DNA of 64,000 nt from an uncultured Clostridia bacterium (lineage in GTDB: Bacteria; Bacillota; Clostridia; Lachnospirales; Anaerotignaceae): positions 15,461-79,460 of the forward strand of contig CALWLF010000057.1 in the NCBI GenBank assembly GCA_944381455.1, written 5' to 3'. The notes beneath the pieces were generated by a model. That model had not been told where the DNA came from and made no database searches. It worked only from the letters and a program-made list of their open reading frames with translations. The position numbers were made by a program, and so were the translations under genes. Each line of letters opens with the position of its first letter. Within the stretch, counting starts at the first letter, position 1. Below are positions 57,588-64,000 of this stretch, in pieces.

Positions 57588-58262
57588 ATGTCGAAAAAAG
57601 GCTCGTTTATGTTCATTAAAAATGACAAAATCAAAGCTGTTTACTGCCACCGCAATGCACAGCTGGAAGGGCTTGGCAAACGTGTGGTGAAGATGCTTCG
57701 CTACTTTGACCGGGATGAATTAGATGCGTTGTTTGACTATCTGATTCCGGTGGACGAAGATACGCCCATGACGCCAGAACAAATTGAGGCATACAAGGAA
57801 TATATGCCAGAACAGTGCTGGAAAGAAGATTTGGATTGGACCACGGCTTTGATCTACACCAAAGATCCAACGCAGCCAATCATGGATGGGTTCCCGTATT
57901 TTGTGGACTATGCAGGTTTCCTTCCTTCCTGGAGAAACCGCTACCGCTACATGATCAACCTGGATACCAACACCTTCCAGGTGGCCAAAGCAGGCTTGGA
58001 AGTGATCGGCCAGGAAAGCGAAGAATTTTTCAAAGAAGTGGAATATCCAGATTCCATCGTGCCATATGTTCTGGGTGCTTGGCCGCTGGATGCCATCCCC
58101 GATGACTGGATGGAACAGTGCAAAGAAAAATGGGCACATTCCGTCATTAGATGTTCGCCAGAAGATGGAATTATCATTGATGCAAACCGTTATGACAGCG
58201 ACTATGAAGGCCAGCGGACTTACAGCAAGATTAAATATTATATTGGGATTGAAGGATATTGA
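57588..58262 (+). CDS. Hypothetical cytoplasmic protein (224 aa), no recognised domain
   Basis: Long ORF with a GGGGG RBS 9 nt before ATG 57588 and no TM segment or signal peptide. Followed 53 nt later by MHE-peptide 2. Confidence 0.75.
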   Translation: MSKKGSFMFIKNDKIKAVYCHRNAQLEGLGKRVVKMLRYFDRDELDALFDYLIPVDEDTPMTPEQIEAYKEYMPEQCWKEDLDWTTALIYTKDPTQPIMDGFPYFVDYAGFLPSWRNRYRYMINLDTNTFQVAKAGLEVIGQESEEFFKEVEYPDSIVPYVLGAWPLDAIPDDWMEQCKEKWAHSVIRCSPEDGIIIDANRYDSDYEGQRTYSKIKYYIGIEGY

Positions 58263-58315
58263 TATCATAAAGTCAATCAAAAAATAATATTCATTCATTA
58301 GAGGAGGCGCTTACT

Positions 58316-58465
58316 ATGCATGAAGGTAAACACGGTATTTTAGATGGTTTGGAAGACATGGATGAACTGTTTGGTCTGGAAGATGACCACGATCACGAAG
58401 CAGAGAAAGAAAAAGACACGAAAAAGAAAAAATCTTTCTTGGGCTTTGGAAAAAAAGACAAATAA
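58316..58465 (+). CDS. Small MHE-peptide, copy 2 (49 aa, not in ORF track)
   Basis: MHEGKHGILDGLEDMDELFGLEDDHDHEAEKEKDTKKKKSFLGFGKKDK. AGGAGGCG-N6-ATG RBS. Confidence 0.75.
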   Translation: MHEGKHGILDGLEDMDELFGLEDDHDHEAEKEKDTKKKKSFLGFGKKDK

Positions 58466-58579
58466 TGTAACAAGAGGCCAGGCTCCTTCTTTTTCATAGA
58501 TTAAGAAGAAAGCCTAAAGGCTGAAAGAAAACGCCTGATTCGCGCAGCGATTGCGCCAACAAAGGGTTTTACATACAAA

Positions 58580-58623
58580 AACCGGTGACGACAAAGATTT
58601 TGTTGTTGCCGGTTTTTGTTTTT
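58580..58623 (+). terminator. Intrinsic terminator after MHE-peptide 2
   Basis: 14-bp stem with G-U pairs, aaccggtgacgaca/tgttgttgccggtt, plus TTTTTGTTTTT. Confidence 0.65.
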
Positions 58624-58658
58624 GTCAAGAAGCAGGCGGCTATGAAGAAGCCAGGCTC

Positions 58659-58687
58659 TTGCCAAAAGGGGCGTCATATCGTACAAT
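58659..58687 (+). promoter_or_regulatory. Promoter-like TTGCCA-17-TACAAT
   Basis: 17-nt spacer, upstream of the MBL-fold gene. Confidence 0.55.
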
Positions 58688-58721
58688 GAGAAGACAGACA
58701 AAAAGGAATAGGAGAAACGAT

Positions 58722-59690
58722 ATGGTAACGAAAATTGCAGAAAATATCTATCAAGCACTGGTTCCTTTGCCCAATAATCCGCTGCGGCATATCAATGTGT
58801 ATCTGATCACGGGAGAGAAAAATCTGCTGGTGGACACCGGCTTTAACCGCCCCGAATGCCGGCAGGCGCTGCAAAGCGCCTTTGATGAGCTGAATATCGC
58901 CAAAGCCGATCTTTTTATCACCCATCTCCATTCGGACCATTGCGGCCTCATCTGTCAGTTTGCCAAAGAAGGCTGCACCCTGATGGCAGGGGAAACGGAC
59001 GGGGAGCTGATCAACTTTGAAGCAGGAAATTTGTATTGGCGGATGCTGGATGATTTGTTCTTGAAATACGGCTTCCCCAAAGCTCATTTTGGCCGTAATA
59101 CGGACATTCATCCCGGCAGGAAGTATTGCCATCCCGGTCGGGTGGATTTCACTTATGTGGCGGAAGGCGATGTGCTGCACTATGGCGGCTATGACTGGCA
59201 GGTGGTGGCAACGCCGGGGCACACCCCAGGCCACATGGGGCTTTATAACCGGGAACACAAAATCTATCTCTGCGGCGACCATATTTTAGGCACCATCACA
59301 CCCAATATCTGCATTGAGCTGGGTGTGGAAAACCCGCTGCAAGATTATTTGGACAGCCTCAAAAAAGTGGAGCAGCTGGAAGTGGACTTGCTGTTGACGG
59401 CCCACGGCACGCCGGTGGCAGATATGGCAGGCCGCATCCAGGAGCTTTACCGTCACCATGAACACCGGCTGGCAGAAGTGGTGCAGATTTTAGGCGACCG
59501 GCAGAAAACGGCCTACGAGGTGGCCAAAGACATGACTTGGGAAATCATGTGCAAAGACTGGGACAGCTTCCCGGCGCCGCAAAAATGGTTTGCCACCGGT
59601 GAGGCCATTTCCCATCTGCAATATTTGTTCCATCAAGGCGTTGTCAGCCGCATGGAACGAGACGGCATCTATGTATATCAAAAGAAATAG
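58722..59690 (+). CDS. MBL-fold metallo-hydrolase with C-terminal winged-helix-like tail
   Basis: HLHSDHCG (HxHxDH) plus downstream His/Asp ligands. Start reset to ATG 58722. Confidence 0.88.
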   Translation: MVTKIAENIYQALVPLPNNPLRHINVYLITGEKNLLVDTGFNRPECRQALQSAFDELNIAKADLFITHLHSDHCGLICQFAKEGCTLMAGETDGELINFEAGNLYWRMLDDLFLKYGFPKAHFGRNTDIHPGRKYCHPGRVDFTYVAEGDVLHYGGYDWQVVATPGHTPGHMGLYNREHKIYLCGDHILGTITPNICIELGVENPLQDYLDSLKKVEQLEVDLLLTAHGTPVADMAGRIQELYRHHEHRLAEVVQILGDRQKTAYEVAKDMTWEIMCKDWDSFPAPQKWFATGEAISHLQYLFHQGVVSRMERDGIYVYQKK

Positions 59691-59699
59691 GAGAAAACC

Positions 59700-60410
59700 A
59701 TGACTGGACGTATTTTTATCACAGGCGACAAACACCGGACCATGGTGCCGCTGTTTCGCCTGGCGGAACGGGTGGAGCTGGAACAAAACGATGTGCTGCT
59801 CATTGCCGGAGATGCCGGCTATGTGTGGAATGAGGACTATCCCTATACCGTAAAAAGCCTGGAGCAGATTTTCCCCGGCATCATTGCTTTTATTGATGGC
59901 AACCACGAAAACCACCAGATTTTAAATGCCATGGATGTATCCTGCTGGCAGGGCGGCAAGGTCCACCGGGTGGGGGAACGGGTGCTGCACTGGATGCGGG
60001 GCGAAATTTATACCCTGTATGGCAAAACATTTTTCGCCTTTGGTGGCGGTCAGTCGGTAGACCAGGACCGGCGGGAAGAAGGCGTCAGCTGGTGGAAAGA
60101 GGAGGAGCCCACAGAAGCAGAAATGGCCTATGGCACAAAGCAGCTGGAAAATCATGCCAAGAAAATTGATTATGTCATCACCCACGAACCGCCATTTTTT
60201 GCCAGAAGCCATATTGCCAGACAAAAAGAGTTGGGAGAAAATTATCATTTTCCCCATCTGCTGGAACAATGGTATCGCCAGATGGAGCCGCTGCCCCAGT
60301 TTCAAACCTGGTATTTTGGTCATATGCATGTGGACCAGCAGATTACACCAAAACTGAGGGGGCTGTACCAGGACATTGTGCTTTTGGAAACGGGCCAGTC
60401 CATCTGGTAA
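59700..60410 (+). CDS. Calcineurin-like metallophosphoesterase
   Basis: GDKH, GDAGY, GNHEN, THEPP and GHMH motifs. Confidence 0.85.
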   Translation: MTGRIFITGDKHRTMVPLFRLAERVELEQNDVLLIAGDAGYVWNEDYPYTVKSLEQIFPGIIAFIDGNHENHQILNAMDVSCWQGGKVHRVGERVLHWMRGEIYTLYGKTFFAFGGGQSVDQDRREEGVSWWKEEEPTEAEMAYGTKQLENHAKKIDYVITHEPPFFARSHIARQKELGENYHFPHLLEQWYRQMEPLPQFQTWYFGHMHVDQQITPKLRGLYQDIVLLETGQSIW

Positions 60411-60454
60411 CAGGAAAAAAACGAAGATAGGAAAAAACTGGATTATTTTTTAAA

Positions 60455-60492
60455 CCGGCATCCTGTTTTGACAGAAGGGTGCCGGCTTTTTT
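60455..60492 (+). terminator. Intrinsic terminator
   Basis: ccggcatcc/gggtgccgg stem plus T6. Confidence 0.65.
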
Positions 60493-60583
60493 GGCAGATT
60501 GCTTTTTTGTTGCGGCAAAGGCTGGTGATGCTGGTCTTGTTTCGTAAAAAAGTTCTGTTTTTTCAGAGAAACATGCGAATATG

Positions 60584-60608
60584 TATTTTCCATGATATAA
60601 TGAAAATA
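60584..60608. promoter_or_regulatory. Inverted repeat TATTTTC-N11-GAAAATA enclosing an extended -10 (TGaTATAAT); candidate TetR operator/promoter
   Basis: 7-bp arms bracket TATAAT at 60596-60601, about 160 nt upstream of the TetR start. Confidence 0.4.
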
Positions 60609-60761
60609 TCGAATAGAAGTGATTTTTTATAGGAAAGAAAAATAGGATGCCAATGGTTGATGCTTGATGAAAAGTGCAATATAGTGGGAAGAATTTTGCT
60701 GCCTTTTCAAAAAAATTGGATATATCATTACTGTTTAGGTAGCATAATAGGAGTGGCTTTT

Positions 60762-61346
60762 GTGAAACCCAATCGAAATATAGAACGAGCAACGGAACTG
60801 TTGGAAATTTGTTTTGACACATTTTGCATCTATGGTCTGGAAAAAACAAGTATGCAAAAATTATCTGAAGCCTGCGGCGTATCCAATGCCGCTTTGGTGT
60901 ACTATTTTGAAACAAAGGACAACATTGTCATAGAATCCACGGCCCACTGCATGGCAAAAGTGGAGGATGATTTTATGGCAAAAGCCCCCACCAGCTTTGC
61001 AGATATTGAGCGTTTCCTGCGGGAGATGCCCTATCTGACGGCAAAGCTCCATGGGGCAAAATACCGGTTTATGTATCAGGTGTACTCCAGCCCCCAGTAC
61101 CGGGAGCACGGCAAGGCGTTTTTTCAGGGCGTGAATGTGCGGTATGGGAAATATGCTCGAGAGCTTTCGGCAAAGCTGGCTCTGCCGGCGGAGCTGATCC
61201 AGGGAATGACCTATCTTTTTGTAAGAGCCTGTGTCCATTATGCTATGTTTGAGGATGAGGAATATTTACAGGCTCAGTTAAACGCAATTCGTGCCGCCCT
61301 TGGGGCGATTGCAGGGACAAAACAGAAAAAGGAAGAGCTTCAATGA
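60762..61346 (+). CDS. TetR/AcrR-family transcriptional regulator
   Basis: HTH TSMQKLSEACGVSNAALVYYF. Start set to GTG 60762 after AGGAGTGG. Confidence 0.85.
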   Translation: MKPNRNIERATELLEICFDTFCIYGLEKTSMQKLSEACGVSNAALVYYFETKDNIVIESTAHCMAKVEDDFMAKAPTSFADIERFLREMPYLTAKLHGAKYRFMYQVYSSPQYREHGKAFFQGVNVRYGKYARELSAKLALPAELIQGMTYLFVRACVHYAMFEDEEYLQAQLNAIRAALGAIAGTKQKKEELQ

Positions 61347-61875
61347 GAAAAAGGCTTTGTTCGGCATTGGTCTGTGCGCTTATGATTTTGTCCTGCCTTT
61401 TGTCCATGGCCCTTGCCGGCGGAACAGACGCCGCTGGTTATGCAGAAGGGCGTTGCCAACGCCATACGGCGATGAGGATGCCTGCGGCTACCTAGCGGCC
61501 ACAGAAGAAGCGCCATGCAGCCATGAACACACAAAGGGGTGTTACCAGCCGGTGGCAACATGTGTGCGTGAACATACGGAGGACTGCTATGGCGAAGGCG
61601 GCATAGAGCCGGTATGCAGCCATTTTGAAAAAAGCGGCAAGCGAAAGCGCTTTGTCTCAGACGAAACTGCACCCCATTTGTTGGACAGTATGATATGCTG
61701 CACCACAAGTGGGGTGTTTTTTGCCAAAGGCATGATAAGACGAAAATCGACGGCGGAGTATAATCATAATAGGACACAAAATACTCAGCTGCATTTTCTT
61801 TGCTGCGGCCAGGCACAGCACTACAGCTGGAGGGGTAAAGCTGAAACGATGGAAGCAAGAGACAGATGCGTTTAG
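61343..61875 (+). pseudogene. Frameshifted remnant of a secreted Cys/His-motif protein
   Basis: ATG 61343 (ATGA overlap with the TetR stop) encodes signal peptide MRKRLCSALVCALMILSCLLSMALAGG and stops at 61495. A different frame continues with ...CSHEHTKGCY...CVREHTEDCY...VCSH motifs. The distal part looks non-coding. Confidence 0.45.
61760..61798 (-). pseudogene. 13-codon UvrB-signature relic ([13 protein letters not shown]) in inverted orientation
   Basis: Matches intact Uvr[14 protein letters not shown] (62367-62405) at 12 of 13 residues and 30 of 39 nt, with many synonymous differences. The flanks show no clear UvrB similarity. Confidence 0.5.
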
Positions 61876-62120
61876 AAAAAACAGAAGGAGATAGATTGGA
61901 TTATATGAAGAAGGAACAAATGTTTGCAATTTTTTGCTGTTCCCCTATACTTTCTTCGGAAACTATGCTATACTCTTTATGGTTTGATCTATGGCACCAT
62001 GCTGGCAAAACCATGGATTTTTGAAACGTTATGCTGGTCAGCACATTTGGATAGAGTTTGGTTTTGTGTTGCAGAAATAGAGTTTGCTTTTGAATGAGAA
62101 AAGAAAAACGGAGGGATTCC

Positions 62121-64000
62121 ATGGAACAGGTGTTCAAAATTCATTCGGCCTATCAGCCCACCGGCGATCAGCCCCAGGCCATTGAAACGCTGGCCGAAGG
62201 GTTTTTGCATGGCAAAAAATTTCAGACACTGCTGGGGGTGACCGGTTCCGGCAAAACCTTCACCATGGCCAACATCGTGCAAAAGCTGCAAAAACCAACG
62301 CTGGTGATTGCCCATAATAAGACGCTGGCGGCCCAGCTATATAATGAATTTAAAGAATTTTTTCCAGAAAATGCCGTGGAATATTTTGTCAGTTATTACG
62401 ATTATTACCAACCAGAGGCCTATGTCCCTTCCACCGATACGTATATCGAAAAGGACTCGGCCATCAATGACGAGATTGACAAGCTGCGCTATTCGGCCAC
62501 ATCGGCTTTGATTGAGCGCAGGGATGTGCTGATTGTGGCCAGTGTGTCCTGCATCTACGGCTTGGGGGATCCTTCGGACTATAAAAATTTGATGATTTCG
62601 CTGCGGCCTGGCATGGTCAAAGACCGGGACGAGGTGATGCGTCAGCTGATTGACATTCAGTACGACCGAAACGACATGGATTTCCAGCGGGGTACCTTCC
62701 GGGTGCGGGGAGACGTGCTGGAAATTTTTCCGGTGATGAACAGCGATAAAGCCATCCGGGTGGAGTTTTTTGGAGATGAAATTGACCGGATTACGGAAAT
62801 TGATGTGCTGACGGGAGAAATTTTGGGCACCAGAAACCATGTCAGCATCTTCCCGGCCTCCCATTATGTAACGCCGCCGGAAAAAATGAATCTAGCCATC
62901 CAGCGCATAGAAGCAGAGCTGGAAGAACGGCTGAAAGAACTGAAACGGGAGGACAAGCTACTGGAAGCCCAGCGGCTGGAGCAGCGGACCAGGTATGACA
63001 TGGAAATGCTGCGGGAAGTGGGCTTTTGCAGCGGCATTGAAAACTATTCCCGCCATTTGGCCCTGCGGGAAGCCGGCAGCACCCCCAGCACCCTCATCGA
63101 CTTCTTCCCCGATGATTTTCTCATCATCGTGGATGAAAGTCATGTGACCATCCCTCAGGTGGGCGGGATGTATGAAGGAGACAAAAGCCGGAAGACGACG
63201 TTGGTGGAATATGGGTTCCGGCTGCCATCTGCCCTGGACAACAGGCCGCTCAAATTCAGCGAATTTGAATCGAAAATCCATCAGATGCTCTTTGTATCGG
63301 CCACCCCTTCCAAATATGAAGCGGCCCACAGCGAGCAGACGGCAGAGCAGATCATCCGCCCCACAGGGCTTTTGGATCCGGAAATCACCTTAAAACCGGT
63401 GGAGGGGCAAATTGACGATTTGCTGGGCGAAATCAACTGCACTGTGGCCGACGGCAGCAAGGTGCTGGTGACAACATTGACCAAGCGCATGGCAGAACGA
63501 TTGACAGACTTTTTGCGGGAATCCGGCGTCAAGGTGCGGTATCTCCATTCCGATATTGACACGCTGGAACGGTTGGAAATCATCCGGGATTTGCGGATGG
63601 ATGTCTTTGATGTGCTGGTTGGCATCAACTTATTGCGGGAAGGCTTGGACATTCCGGAAGTGGCCTTGGTGGCCATACTGGATGCCGATAAGGAAGGGTT
63701 TTTGCGTTCGGAAACGTCGCTGATTCAGACCATCGGCCGGGCGGCCCGAAACGCCAAAGGCCGGGTGGTGATGTATGCCGATGTGGTGACCGATTCCATG
63801 CGCCGGGCCATCGACGAAACAAACCGCCGCCGTTCGATTCAGATGGAATATAACGATTTGCACGGCATTGTGCCAAAAACCATCGAAAAGAAGGTCTTTG
63901 ATGTGATTGCCGCCACCCAGACTGTGGAAGAAAAACAGAAATTTGGCTTTACCAAAGAGCCGGAAAGTATGAATGAAGACGAATTGAAGAAGAATATCGA
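62121..64000 (+). CDS. uvrB: Excinuclease ABC subunit B, 3'-truncated by window edge (absent from ORF track)
   Basis: [21 protein letters not shown]..., [29 protein letters not shown] and helicase C motifs. The frame is open to the window end. Confidence 0.97.
   Translation, partial: MEQVFKIHSAYQPTGDQPQAIETLAEGFLHGKKFQTLLGVTGSGKTFTMANIVQKLQKPTLVIAHNKTLAAQLYNEFKEFFPENAVEYFVSYYDYYQPEAYVPSTDTYIEKDSAINDEIDKLRYSATSALIERRDVLIVASVSCIYGLGDPSDYKNLMISLRPGMVKDRDEVMRQLIDIQYDRNDMDFQRGTFRVRGDVLEIFPVMNSDKAIRVEFFGDEIDRITEIDVLTGEILGTRNHVSIFPASHYVTPPEKMNLAIQRIEAELEERLKELKREDKLLEAQRLEQRTRYDMEMLREVGFCSGIENYSRHLALREAGSTPSTLIDFFPDDFLIIVDESHVTIPQVGGMYEGDKSRKTTLVEYGFRLPSALDNRPLKFSEFESKIHQMLFVSATPSKYEAAHSEQTAEQIIRPTGLLDPEITLKPVEGQIDDLLGEINCTVADGSKVLVTTLTKRMAERLTDFLRESGVKVRYLHSDIDTLERLEIIRDLRMDVFDVLVGINLLREGLDIPEVALVAILDADKEGFLRSETSLIQTIGRAARNAKGRVVMYADVVTDSMRRAIDETNRRRSIQMEYNDLHGIVPKTIEKKVFDVIAATQTVEEKQKFGFTKEPESMNEDELKKNI

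Noticed and set aside
56966-58465. The two small peptides as RiPP or bacteriocin precursors (conserved leader, variable core).
   Set aside because: The C-terminal tail is as conserved as the N-terminus, and there is no Cys/Ser/Thr-rich core. No radical-SAM, YcaO, lanthipeptide synthetase, peptidase-ABC exporter or immunity genes are nearby.
58472-58658. 13-of-14-nt direct repeat aaga(g/a)gccaggctc at 58472-58485 and 58645-58658, flanking the terminator after MHE-peptide 2. I considered whether these are target-site duplications or attachment sites.
   Set aside because: The 160 bp between the two copies contains only a terminator and no mobility gene. The repeat is too short to interpret without comparative data.
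61340-61858. 172-aa minus-strand ORF treated as a real gene.
   Set aside because: Apart from the 13-residue UvrB signature, the translation is Cys/Pro/His-rich noise and is antisense to the Cys/His-motif remnant. I report only the relic.
1-64000. Scan for tRNA, rRNA, CRISPR repeats, transposase or integrase genes, and prophage or defence-island gene content.
   Set aside because: I found no tRNA-like T-arm or acceptor signatures, no regularly spaced repeats and no mobility genes. Every large ORF is accounted for by housekeeping or the accessory genes listed. This was a by-eye scan, so small structured RNAs could have been missed.

Overview
This is a chromosomal window from a spore-forming, Clostridia-class Firmicute. 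Evidence: spoIVB, ylbJ, remA and prkC/stp, plus Bacillus/Clostridium-type synteny blocks (dxs-tlyA-nadK-argR-recN; priA-def-fmt-rsmB-rlmN-stp-prkC-rsgA-rpe-thiN; rsmD-coaD ... ylbJ-ylbM; pta-ackA; yceD-rpmF-plsX-acpP-rnc). It holds about 62 protein-coding genes, nearly all housekeeping. I saw no rRNA, tRNA, CRISPR array, transposase, integrase or phage genes. The ORF track over-extends many 5' ends, so I reset starts using RBS spacing and homolog N-termini. The track also misses four genes: uvrB (62121 to the window end, no stop in the window), rpmF (59 aa), and two paralogous 48/49-aa peptides. The only clearly accessory stretch is about 51-62 kb, and its most interesting part is 53.3-58.5 kb. 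That part contains a CsoR/RcnR-family repressor with a His-rich N-terminal extension and an InrS-like H-C-H-C ligand fingerprint. It also contains an M20 peptidase, a CsoR-type C-tract/G-tract palindrome downstream of a near-consensus promoter, and a P1B-type ATPase. The ATPase lacks an N-terminal metal-binding domain and has a Met-to-His change in the Cu-type TM8 motif. The two small peptides both begin Met-His-Glu, and the synonymous-only differences between them argue that they are translated. One follows the ATPase. The other follows an unrecognised 224-aa protein that sits behind a roughly 300-bp AT-rich region. I propose, as inference only, that this is a Ni/Co-type metal-handling module with a new small-peptide component. 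Other oddities: a sigma-54-activator-like regulator that has lost GAFTGA and the Walker B acidic pair; an inverted 13-codon uvrB relic next to the intact uvrB, inside a decayed Cys/His secreted-protein gene; a G8 tract in an RBS; and an XRE gene wedged between iscR and iscSU.
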